Below are positions 20,735-29,700 of a DNA stretch of 54,639 bases, in pieces (within the stretch, counting starts at the first letter, position 1; each line of letters starts with the position of its first letter). The translations under genes and the position numbers were made by a program. The stretch is from the sequence record NZ_CP035509.1, one strand, 5' to 3'. The notes below the pieces were generated by a model, which saw nothing but the letters and a program-made list of their open reading frames with translations, was not told the DNA's origin and did not search any database. Origin of the DNA: a plasmid.

Positions 20735-21355
20735 TCGACATGGGGGGCCGCGAGGCCCCTCTTTTCGTTCGTGGTCATGGTGCCCGATGACAGGAACGCC
20801 CGAGGGCGCCCCTGTCACCGGCCTTGCGCTATCCGCGCGGGACCGCTGCGCGGGAAAAAGAAAGCGCACCTGCCATTGCGCTTACGGTTGGAGGGCGGTT
20901 TTCCACCCCGGCTTTGCCGGGGCTTGCAGCCGCCGAGCCGGACGCGCCCCCATAGCACGAAGGGAGGCGAGGCGGTTGTCCGATCCCGCCGCCGCCCCTT
21001 TCAGGGACAGCGCCAGGACCGGCTCGCGCTGCCCGCGCGGGGGCGCCTTCGGCGCCGTCGCCTCAAAGGTCAGGCCGCTGGTGCGGCCCGACCTTGAGAA
21101 AGCCCGGAACGCAGCACCGGGGCCATTTGCCACCACCGGGATTTCAGGATCGAGCGCGCCGTTCTGGGCATCCGACCTGATGGCGGCCCGCTCCTTTGAG
21201 TGACTGTCGATTTATTGCTGCTCAGTTTGCTTCGGCCCGGATCGGCGCAAGGGCTGCGCCCTTCTCCACTGCGTTCCGACCCTGCGGGTGCACCAGTCCT
21301 TAAAGCCTTCGCACCTTTGAGCCGCAATCGACACTCACTCAAAGGAGCTACCATC

Positions 21356-21514
21356 ATGACCAAGATCCTCGCCACTCTGCGCTCGATCCTGAAATCCCTC
21401 ACCACCAAGGCGAAAATCAGCGTCTCCGTCGCCCTAAGCGTTCCGGGCTTCCTCAAGGTCGAAGTCAGGTATGCCCGCGACCTCACTGAACCACGAAAGG
21501 ACAAGGACGCCTGA
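21356..21514 (+). CDS. Small protein (52 aa), hypothetical
   Basis: MTKILATLRSILKSLTTKAKISV… with AAAGGAG RBS. A 21-bp long-range inverted repeat flanks 115 bp upstream and includes the RBS. Confidence 0.4.
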   Translation: MTKILATLRSILKSLTTKAKISVSVALSVPGFLKVEVRYARDLTEPRKDKDA

Positions 21515-21548
21515 GCGGCGTCCCGGCCCGCCTTGCGGCGGGCCTTTT

Positions 21549-22040
21549 CTACCGCTGCCACGCCCCGATCCCGTCCCAAAAATCATTCAGGATGCCCAAG
21601 GCCCGATAGGTCCGGCCGCTGTCGTCCGGAAAGAAGTTCTGGATCGCCGCGTGCATCGCGTCCATGCCCCCGAGCTGGTGCAACGCTTCGCCCGCCGATC
21701 GCATGTTCTCCAACACCTCCCCTGACACCTGCGAAGGGAGCGGTGCCGCTTCGACCGCCAGAAACGCATCCCGTGCCAATTGGTAAGTTCGGAAGACCCT
21801 TGTGTGATCGTGCAGGTTAGGTTTGCGGGTTTCTTCTCCTGTCAGAAGCCAGTGCGCGTCCACGTTCAGCTTCGACACGACCAGCGCAAGAAAGTCCGCC
21901 TTGGGCGTCCGGTTGAGGTTGATATAGTTGGACAGGGCGCTTTTACTGATGCCGAACCGTTCTTCCGCATCGCGCAGGGTCATCCCGCATTTGCGGATCG
22001 CTTGTTCAAGACGCATTCCGATCAGTGCCGATTTATCCAT
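21549..22040 (-). CDS. XRE-family helix-turn-helix (HTH) transcriptional regulator (Cro/CI-type)
   Basis: N-terminal HTH (IGMRLEQAIRKCGMTLRDAEERFGISKSALSNY). Divergent from the DUF932 gene and its leader. Confidence 0.8.
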   Translation of the reverse strand: MDKSALIGMRLEQAIRKCGMTLRDAEERFGISKSALSNYINLNRTPKADFLALVVSKLNVDAHWLLTGEETRKPNLHDHTRVFRTYQLARDAFLAVEAAPLPSQVSGEVLENMRSAGEALHQLGGMDAMHAAIQNFFPDDSGRTYRALGILNDFWDGIGAWQR

Positions 22041-22082
22041 GAACGTCTCCTTTTGGATAAATTATTCCACGTTCGAGAACGC

Positions 22083-22683
22083 GAGATCAAGCCTCTGGGC
22101 GCATCCCTCGTGCCGACCGGTCTAGGGCTATCGCCCTGGACCTCCCTGCCCGAGTGACCGCGCTCTAGGCTCCGGCCGGCGGTGCCGGCCTGCGCCCCGA
22201 ACCTCGCTCGCCCCTTCGGGTGACGATCGCTTGCGCGGTGGCCGGGATCTCCCTGCAGGACGCATCACCAGCTCCGCCGTCCTGAAGATCGAGGGCAAGC
22301 CGCGCGTGCGGCGCGGCTCCGGTTGATCCGAGGGCCAGGCCGGGGGATCGACGCGGCCGAGGGCCGCGCTCACCCCCGCCCTGCGGTTTTTCCTTTTCGT
22401 GTTTCCGCCCAACAGACCTGCCCGAGCCGGTCAATCGGCAAGCGCCGCGCCCGTGGCGCGTCGGCTCCGGCGGGGGCCGTGTCCTCGCTGCGCTGCGGGC
22501 CGCACCACCCCCCGCCTCCGCCCGATGGACAGTCTCGGTCAGGCCCGTGGGTCGGGCTGTGCCCTCCCCACTCTGTTCCGCCGAATACATGCGTATTCGT
22601 CAGACCAGACCGGCGAGGCGCAGCCCATCGGCGGAAGAAGGCAACAGACCCGAACCGCCAGCCGCAACACGAAAGGAAAGACT
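22083..22683 (+). repeat. Copy 2 (uninterrupted) of the 600-bp leader repeat, upstream of the DUF932 gene
   Basis: Equals 17762-17900 plus 18364-18797. Palindrome CGAATACATGCGTATTCG at 22582-22599. Confidence 0.7.
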
Positions 22684-23550
22684 ATGGGTTATCAGAACTT
22701 CATGCGCGGAATGACCAACGGCGGCTCGATCTATGGTCGCGGCGAAGCGTTGACCGACGATGCCTTGCGCGCCCGCGTCCCGTCCATCTTCGCCGCCGAG
22801 GCCCACGAAAGCCGCAGCGCCCGCTTTGCCCCCGTGCCGACCATCGACGTGCTGAACAACCTTCGCGCCGAAGGCTTTGAGCCCTTCATGGCGCAGCAGG
22901 CCCGCACCCGCATTGAGGGCAAGGCCGAGTTTACCAAGCACATGCTGCGTCTGCGCCACCGTTCCATCACCAACGGCGACGGCGAGGCGTTCGAGATCAT
23001 CCTTGTGAACGCCAATGACGGCACCAGCGCCTATCAGATGCTTCCCGGCTTTTTCCGCTTTGTTTGCTCCAATGGCCTGATGGCGGGCGAAACCTTCAGC
23101 GAAGTGAAGGTGCGTCATTCGGGCAATGCCGTTGGTGAAGTCATCGAAGGCGCGTATCGCGTTCTGCAGGATGCCCCGGAGATTGCCGAGCGCGTGAAGG
23201 AATTTCGCGCGATCACCTTGCAGGACGAGGAACGCGCGATCCTGGCCGAAGCCGCGCACAGCCTGCGTTTCCCCGCCGCGCACGAGGACGGCGGCAAGGC
23301 CGCGCCCGTATCGGCCGAGAGCTTCATTCGCCCGCGCCGCACGGCTGACCGCGGGACAGATCTTTGGACCGCGTTCAACGTGGTGCAGGAAAACACGATC
23401 AAGGGCGGCATGACCGGATACGCCCGCGATGAAAACGGCCGCATGCGCCGCCGCAGCGTGCGCGAGGTTGCAGGCATCGACCAGAACCGCAACCTGAACC
23501 GCGCCTTGTGGATGCTCACGGAACGCATGGCCGAGCTGAAGGCCGCCTAA
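22684..23550 (+). CDS. DUF932 domain protein (plasmid/ICE-associated)
   Basis: MLPGFFRFVCSNGLM motif characteristic of DUF932. Confidence 0.8.
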   Translation: MGYQNFMRGMTNGGSIYGRGEALTDDALRARVPSIFAAEAHESRSARFAPVPTIDVLNNLRAEGFEPFMAQQARTRIEGKAEFTKHMLRLRHRSITNGDGEAFEIILVNANDGTSAYQMLPGFFRFVCSNGLMAGETFSEVKVRHSGNAVGEVIEGAYRVLQDAPEIAERVKEFRAITLQDEERAILAEAAHSLRFPAAHEDGGKAAPVSAESFIRPRRTADRGTDLWTAFNVVQENTIKGGMTGYARDENGRMRRRSVREVAGIDQNRNLNRALWMLTERMAELKAA

Positions 23551-23607
23551 GCGCGACAGGCAGGGGGCGAACCCCGCCCCCTGCCCCTGCAAACCGGAGG
23601 CGAAGCG

Positions 23608-23895
23608 ATGGACGATCTATTTCCCGACACGATCCCCAAGGGCGCGCATGGCGCGATCTGGTGGGCCGGTTGCTACGAATGCCGGAACTGGCATGGATAC
23701 TTTCAGAGCCGCGAAGGAGGGCGCGGCAACTGGCGCTTTCAGGTCCCGTGGTTTTCCACCGATGACGTGACATGCAGCGTCTATGCGATCACCGAGGCGG
23801 GCGAGGTCCGGACGCGCGATCTTATCCCGATTGATGACAAGGCCCGTATCAGCATCATGGGCCGCAAGTATGGCCGCGAGCATTGGGACCACTGA
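23608..23895 (+). CDS. Hypothetical protein (95 aa)
   Basis: GGAGG RBS. Four cysteines (…AGCYECRNWHG…DVTCSVY…). Followed by a terminator. Confidence 0.45.
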   Translation: MDDLFPDTIPKGAHGAIWWAGCYECRNWHGYFQSREGGRGNWRFQVPWFSTDDVTCSVYAITEAGEVRTRDLIPIDDKARISIMGRKYGREHWDH

Positions 23896-23924
23896 CCCCG
23901 CCCCTTTGCCCGTTCTATGCCCGA

Positions 23925-23946
23925 CCCGCCGCGAGGCGGGTTTTTG
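23925..23946 (+). terminator. Rho-independent terminator
   Basis: CCCGCC-GCGA-GGCGGG hairpin followed by TTTTTG. Confidence 0.45.
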
Positions 23947-24168
23947 CGTTCGGGCTGGTCATGCGATCGAGGTGTCATGTTGACGTGGCGCGTCCTGGAC
24001 CTTCCGGCCCACGACGCGCCACGTCCGGCGCTGCCCGCGCCGGGGCCGCTGCGCGGCACTTCCTATCGGTTTCCCACAAGGCTCCATCGACCTTCGCCGT
24101 TTGATAGGCCGTTCGATTACGCCATGACCGGCCATGCGGCCTTGGAAAACCGTGAAGCTTGTGGCTCC

Positions 24169-24810
24169 TCAGGCGGCCACAAGCTCCATCGACAGCGCAC
24201 CGTCCGGCAACGGACGTTGCAGCTCCTGCACCACGCTCCATGGTTCATGCAGCCATGCGTCCCATTCGTCGGGGCTGGTCAGGATCACCGGCATCGCCTT
24301 CGGATGCACCTTCGCCACTTCCGCATTCGGTTCGGTGGTCAGGAAGGCATAGAGATCATCAGTCGTTTCTCCATCCTTCAGCTTGCGGATCGAGGTCCAT
24401 TGCGGGACGTGCAGACCGGCAAAAAAGGCCGGCCGGTCCTCGGCAGGCGTGAACCACGCTTTTCCTTCGCCGTGAACCGGCTCCGAAAAGGCGGTCAACG
24501 GCACGAGGCAGCGGAACCGCGGATTGAGCCACCGCCGCCAGTGCGGCGATCCCGTGTTGCGGATATTGGTCACGCCCTTGTCGATGCCGTTCTTGGAATG
24601 GAATTGCTTGGGGCTTGGCAAGCCCCATCGCGCCATTGCCAGTTCCAGCCCGTCCCCTTCCTGTCCGTCATGGCGCAGAACGGGTGCAAGCTCGTTGGGA
24701 TAGATCCTTTCCTGTGAAGGCAGGTTTCCCAACCGATCCTCAACAGAAAAGCCCCGGAAGATCTCTCGCAGCGCATCTTGCGCCCGCGTGTGCCGGTAAA
24801 GATTGCACAT
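24169..24810 (-). CDS. SOS response-associated peptidase (SRAP/YedK-HMCES family)
   Basis: The domain begins MCNLYRHT… (Met-Cys N-terminus required by SRAP chemistry). The in-frame ORF extends a further 135 codons upstream to 25215; see findings. Confidence 0.55.
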   Translation of the reverse strand: MCNLYRHTRAQDALREIFRGFSVEDRLGNLPSQERIYPNELAPVLRHDGQEGDGLELAMARWGLPSPKQFHSKNGIDKGVTNIRNTGSPHWRRWLNPRFRCLVPLTAFSEPVHGEGKAWFTPAEDRPAFFAGLHVPQWTSIRKLKDGETTDDLYAFLTTEPNAEVAKVHPKAMPVILTSPDEWDAWLHEPWSVVQELQRPLPDGALSMELVAA

Positions 24811-25229
24811 GGCTGTTTCCGCCCCTTCCACGGCAGGCCGGTCCTTCGCACGCGGCCACGACTCTTTCGGCTTCGGGGTGGAAGTGCTGGACGACACAGC
24901 CGGTTCCGGCTTTGCCGGTTTCGCGTTCGGTTTGCGGGTCGGTTTTGCCACATCCGCCGCGCCTCTGGCGCGGCGGTCCTTCTCGGCCGTCAGCGCCTTG
25001 AGGTAGGTGTCCAGAACGCGGTCGGTCGCAGACGTGGCCCAAAGGGCGGCCGCCTGGTCCAGTTGCCCATCGGTGAACCCGTCCAGCCGTGGGCCGTCCC
25101 ACATCTTGGCGAGGATGCTCACAAGAGCTTCCTCGCGATCCTCCGGATGGCAGGCATGGGCGGCATACACGAGAGCCTTGGCCGCCGCGATACGACTGAC
25201 ATGAATACCCGTCATCGTCCCCCCCTGCC

Positions 25230-25967
25230 CTATCCGGCGTTTGTCTGGCGGTCCTTTTCAAAGAACAGGGCCAAGGCCCGCTCCGCGAGTGTGCGATTGA
25301 ACATCATCGGGTTCATGATGCCAGCAGGGTCCAAGCTGGACTTGGCGACATTCCATTCATTCCGCGAGATTATCTTGTTGGTGACGAACCGATCCTTTGT
25401 CGCGGCATACGGGGTGGCTGTCGGCAGCTTTCCGTCATTCCTCAGTGTCTGCCTGAGGTCGTCGAACGCCCGCTTGAAAATCATCCGAACGGCTTGTTGC
25501 GGGCCGATCTGTGCCGCCAAGCTGTCATAGGTTTGGCTTTGGCCCGTTTGAGGAAACGCCAGTCGGATCTTGAGGCTAATCGTATCTCCCGCGACCTGTT
25601 CGGGCACATCCGCGTTGGCAGAGGGTTTAGGCGGTGAGGAAGCTTCACCAGGCTTTGCAGCACTTTCGGACTTTAAGGTCTGAGTGAGCTTTCTGGACTT
25701 TGTGGTCTTTTCGGTATCTGCTGGCAGGCTCTTCTGTTCCGTTACGAGCGGTTCAGCAGGCGCTTCGGGCACATCGATCCTCGGTTCAGCAACCGCAACA
25801 TTCTCGACCGGTGGCGATGTGTCTGGCTTCGCGGGCACCGCATCGTGAACCATTTCAGCCCCCTCCGATGCCGATTGGTCGAGGCCGACTTTGCGTTTGA
25901 TGGCACGTTCACGGCGGTGCTGGTTGAAGATGGCCTTATGGTCGACTTTTGGAAGTTGAAATGCCAT
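25230..25967 (-). CDS. VirC2-like relaxosome accessory protein
   Basis: C-terminal region (…TYDSLAAQIGPQQAVRMIFKRAFDDLRQTL…ALALFFEKDRQTN) resembles Agrobacterium VirC2. Its ATG shares one nucleotide with the stop codon of the upstream ParA-like gene. Confidence 0.65.
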   Translation of the reverse strand: MAFQLPKVDHKAIFNQHRRERAIKRKVGLDQSASEGAEMVHDAVPAKPDTSPPVENVAVAEPRIDVPEAPAEPLVTEQKSLPADTEKTTKSRKLTQTLKSESAAKPGEASSPPKPSANADVPEQVAGDTISLKIRLAFPQTGQSQTYDSLAAQIGPQQAVRMIFKRAFDDLRQTLRNDGKLPTATPYAATKDRFVTNKIISRNEWNVAKSSLDPAGIMNPMMFNRTLAERALALFFEKDRQTNAG

Positions 25968-26686
25968 TATGCGGACTCCGCGACATGCCGTTCAGGGAAG
26001 ATGACGTCGAGTATGTCGCTTGAGATCCTGGACGCTTCCCGCACGGCGACTTCGATATGACCGGCCAGGATGCGCTTGTTTGGATCGGCGGCAAGCTCGC
26101 GATGGTAGAGGTGCAACATGCCAAGCGACATGATGTCTGCAAAAGCGTTGCGCTGCGGCAGACGTGCGGAAAGTTGCGGCATCTCCTTCAGCATCTCCAA
26201 GCTTTCCTTTTCTGCGGCCGACTGACGGCCCGTAGGCACGCGCGTCAACAGGAAGGCGGCCGGAACATCCTTTTCATTGGCTTCCATGAAGTTGAGCAGG
26301 AATTGGAATGTTGATATTGCACCGTCAATATCCATCGCCGTGAGAGACGTAGGAATAAGGACAAGATCAGCGTTTGCTATAATTGCCGTGTTCAATTCCG
26401 AATCGCCGCCACGCATATCGACAAGAGCTATATCGCAGCCATTTTGTTCGGCCTTTTCCATGTTCGGGATGAATACATCGAGTTCGGAGCCATCGTAAAT
26501 CTGGCAGCTTTCATCCCAAGTTCCAATCGCCCGCGCATTGGTCTGCCATGTCGAAAGTGGGTCATTCTGGTCGGCTTCAAAAAGAGCGACCTTCTTCCCA
26601 GCCTGCACCAGCCCCGATACGGACGACATGAGGGACGTGGATTTACCGGCTCCACCTTTGAATGAGGTAAACGCTACCAGCTTCAT
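25967..26686 (-). CDS. ParA/MinD-family ATPase, VirC1-like
   Basis: FKGGAGKST deviant Walker A motif. Near collinear with Agrobacterium VirC1 (…ALFEADQNDPLSTW…LVDMRGGDSELNTAIIA…). Confidence 0.85.
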   Translation of the reverse strand: MKLVAFTSFKGGAGKSTSLMSSVSGLVQAGKKVALFEADQNDPLSTWQTNARAIGTWDESCQIYDGSELDVFIPNMEKAEQNGCDIALVDMRGGDSELNTAIIANADLVLIPTSLTAMDIDGAISTFQFLLNFMEANEKDVPAAFLLTRVPTGRQSAAEKESLEMLKEMPQLSARLPQRNAFADIMSLGMLHLYHRELAADPNKRILAGHIEVAVREASRISSDILDVIFPERHVAESA

Positions 26687-27315
26687 GTCACTCTCTCCCT
26701 AGCCACGAACATTGCGTGTTCCTAAAAGTCCAGACGGGCCACTTGGTCCAAACGGCCCCAACAGGCCGAACAGCTATAGTGTGCCTTTAGTGCCTGAAAG
26801 ATGCAACAGGCCATTAGGTCCGGATAGTCCGGAAAGCTTTCTCAGGCTAAGCATACCTAAAGGACCAATCGTCCTTGATGGGCCGTTCGTCCTTCACGGT
26901 CCTGTCGTGCCTCTCAGGCCCTTCGGCCTTATTGTACCATACAGTCCATTCAGCCCTAATGTCCCGCATGGTGCCTGTTTGCCGCTTGGCAGGCTTTCAG
27001 TCCAGTCAGTCCAATTGTCCCGCTCCTTCTATGGTCCCTCGAATGAAGGAAGCGCACAGCGCGGCCTCCCAGGGCCGTCAGGAGGCTGCTTGCCCTCTAC
27101 CCACCTGAGGATGGCTGGAGGGCTCTCACAACTCCTCTCTGTCACTCTCAGCACATATCCGAAGGGTTCGGGTCGCCCTACGTGGCGACCCTCAAGTGGA
27201 GCTTCCTGCGTCAGCAAGTTTTATCCTAGGGGTGGGTTTAAGTAAGCGGCAGGATATATGCAAATGTAGAACATTGTGCTATAGGTATCGAAACCCACCC
27301 CCGAGGCCCCCGCCC
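26687..27315 (+). promoter_or_regulatory. Divergent intergenic region between virC1-like and mobC genes; candidate oriT/overdrive-like region and divergent promoters
   Basis: Positioned where oriT lies in virC/virD-type modules. Contains a strand-biased array of 13 GTCC pentamers (26712-27045) and an AT-richer stretch before mobC. Confidence 0.45.
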
Positions 27316-27792
27316 ATGAGCGACGACCAAAAGCAAAAAGAGCCGTGGAAGAAGCGCCGCATGATTGGCGGTCAGTGGACGGACCCCGCTGCGGTGGTGT
27401 CGAAGGCAACCGTCAACAAGACGATTTCGGTGCGTCTGACGGAGGCGGAGTTGGCTGACTTCGACGCTCAGATCGACGCTTTGGGGATCAATCGGAACCG
27501 TGCCCTGCGGATCATGGCCCGTCAGGTGGGCGGTTTTCTCGAAGAAGATGCGGCCTCCGTTGCCCATCTCGCCGACATTTCTCGCCAGCTTCGGGGCATC
27601 GCCGTCAACGTGAACCAGATCGCGAAGGCCGCGAACCGGACCACGGACCCGGATTTCATCGCCTTCATGGAGGAGCGGCAGCGTCTCGGGAAGGAGCTGT
27701 CGCGGGTCCAGTCCTACCTTCAGGCCCTTTTCGACATCGACAAGCGACGGTCTGACGGGGCCGAGCGGTTGAAGAAAGCGGCCCAGAAGTGA
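27316..27792 (+). CDS. mobC: MobC-family relaxosome accessory protein (ribbon-helix-helix; VirD1-like role)
   Basis: …LRGIAVNVNQIAKAANR… (the NxNQiAr motif of the MobC family). Its stop overlaps the relaxase GTG start (GTGA). Confidence 0.7.
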   Translation: MSDDQKQKEPWKKRRMIGGQWTDPAAVVSKATVNKTISVRLTEAELADFDAQIDALGINRNRALRIMARQVGGFLEEDAASVAHLADISRQLRGIAVNVNQIAKAANRTTDPDFIAFMEERQRLGKELSRVQSYLQALFDIDKRRSDGAERLKKAAQK

Positions 27793-28321
27793 GCATTCAC
27801 GTCCCCGATCTTCTGGCGAATGCCCGCAAAGCCCCGCGCTTCCTTTCGGCGCTGGATGCGGTCATGGGCGAAGATTGGGCCGAGGTGAAGCTTGGCCGTG
27901 GCGGCCGGATGCTGCAAATGCAGGTGGCCTTGAAGGCCGCGCATGAGCGGGACGTTGCGCCTGGCGGTGCTGCCTATTCCTCCCAGATACTGCCCGGCAT
28001 CAACCCGCAATCCATGGTCAAGATGGTCAGGGGCGGGGGTGCATCCACCGCGCGGGGACTGATGGCGCAGATGGATTATCTGAGTCGTCAGGACGATCTG
28101 CCCCTTCGTCGTTCGGAGGAATACATGGGCGTCGAGATCGACGCCGAGGAAGCCGTCGCCATGGCGCGCGGCTGGCAGATGCCCACGGAAGGCGGCAAGG
28201 CCGATCGCACGTCGCATTTCGTGGTCAGCTTTCCCATCGGGACAGATCCCGCCGCCGCCGAAGCTTCGGGACGGGCATGGGCGCAGGAAATGTTCGGCTC
28301 CGGTAATTTCGGGGGCGACCG
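27789..28321 (+). pseudogene. VirD2-like relaxase, N-terminal part (gene disrupted by composite B)
   Basis: …TSHFVVSFPIGTDPAAAEASGRAWAQEMFGSGNFGGDR aligns with VirD2 …IIVSFPAGTD…EMFGSGYGGG. It is broken at the 9-bp GGGCGACCG duplication. Confidence 0.8.
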
Positions 28322-29700
28322 GGCTCTGATGATGTGACCGCCCCCCGACGGCATCTCTGTGCCAAGGTGGGTCTGCGATGATCCACAAAGGAGGACGGTC
28401 ATGTCGGAGATTATCACGGTCGGGCTCGATCTGGCGAAGAATGTGTTCCAGGTGCATGGGGCGGACGCCGCAGGCGGTGCGGTGCTACGGAAGAAGCTGC
28501 GGCGCACGCAGGTGCTGGGGTTCTTTGAGGCTTTGCCGCCTTGCGTCGTGGCGATGGAAGCCTGTGGTGGTGCACATTACTGGGGTCGAGAGATTGGCAA
28601 GCTTGGACATGAGGTCCGGCTGATCCCTCCGGCCTACGTGAAGCCCTTCGTCAAACGGCAGAAGAATGACGCCGCCGACGCCGAGGCGATTTGCGAAGCT
28701 GCACAGCGTCCGACGATGCGCTTCGTGTCGGTGAAGAGCGAAGAGACCCAAGGGGCGGCGATGGTGTTCCGCGTGCGCGAGTTACTGATCCGGCAGCGCA
28801 CCCAGGCGATCAACGCCCTGCGCGGTCACCTTGCCGAGTTCGGGCAGGTTGTGCCGCAGGGCGCTGCCAATGCCTCGAAGCTGATCGCCATCGTCGAGGA
28901 TCCAGAGAGCGGGTTGCCCGCCGAGGCGACAGCCACCCTGCAGGTTCTGATCGGATCCTTGGCGCACCTCGAGGCGCAGATCGGGAGGCTCGATGCCGAG
29001 ATCTCACGCTGCGCCAAAGAGAACGAGGTCGCCCGACGGCTGATGACGGTGCCGGGCATCGGCCCGCTGATCGCGACGGCTATCGCGACACTTGCGCCGC
29101 CCCCCGAGACCTTCCGGAAGGCCCGGGATTTTGCAGCCTGGCTCGGGTTGGTGCCCAGGCAACACTCGACCGGTGGCAAGCAGCGCCTCGGAGCGACGAC
29201 GAAGATGGGCGAGCGGTCTCTCAGGCGGCTGCTGATCATTGGCGCCAACAGCGTGATCATCAAGCGCCACGTCCATCGTGAAGCTCAACCCGGCACATGG
29301 CTGGGGAACATGCTGTCGCGCAAGCCGTCGATGCTGGTGCGTGTCGCGCTGGCGAACAAGATGGCGCGGATTGTCTGGGCTTTGATGGCCCGCGGTGGCG
29401 TATACCAGTCTCCGGCCGTGGCAGCGTAAGCAGCCGTCGGTCGCGAGGACGTCGGAGCGGAAGAGGGCAAGGAGCAGTTTGGCGCAACAGTCGTGAGACG
29501 GGATCGGGAGAACCAGTGTGCAACAGAGTGCCTTTGAGCACGCGGCTTTGATCTGGACCCGACCTTCGAACACCATACGGGCCCGCGGCATGACCAAGGC
29601 CGCATCAGAGGCCGGACACATGTCAGCACCCGGTGACGCGCGGAAAGCAGCTCTGAAATTACCCCTTGCGCAAGGGGCGGTTACACATGTTGCACAAATC
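28322..29700 (+). mobile_element. IS110-like copy C
   Basis: Identical to 11882-13260. Confidence 0.75.
28401..29429 (+). CDS. IS110 family transposase
   Basis: Identical to the 11961-12989 product. Confidence 0.9.
   Translation: MSEIITVGLDLAKNVFQVHGADAAGGAVLRKKLRRTQVLGFFEALPPCVVAMEACGGAHYWGREIGKLGHEVRLIPPAYVKPFVKRQKNDAADAEAICEAAQRPTMRFVSVKSEETQGAAMVFRVRELLIRQRTQAINALRGHLAEFGQVVPQGAANASKLIAIVEDPESGLPAEATATLQVLIGSLAHLEAQIGRLDAEISRCAKENEVARRLMTVPGIGPLIATAIATLAPPPETFRKARDFAAWLGLVPRQHSTGGKQRLGATTKMGERSLRRLLIIGANSVIIKRHVHREAQPGTWLGNMLSRKPSMLVRVALANKMARIVWALMARGGVYQSPAVAA

Noticed and set aside
20771-21203. ORFs 20771-21097, 20787-21203 and 20882-21136 in the GC-rich spacer after the methyltransferase gene
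   Set aside because: Mutually overlapping, with no RBS and low-complexity Arg/Ala/Gly translations. The region is more likely non-coding regulatory sequence.
23917-24717. 266-aa plus-strand ORF overlapping the SRAP gene
   Set aside because: Antisense to a domain with strong family signatures (MCNLY…). No RBS and a skewed composition.
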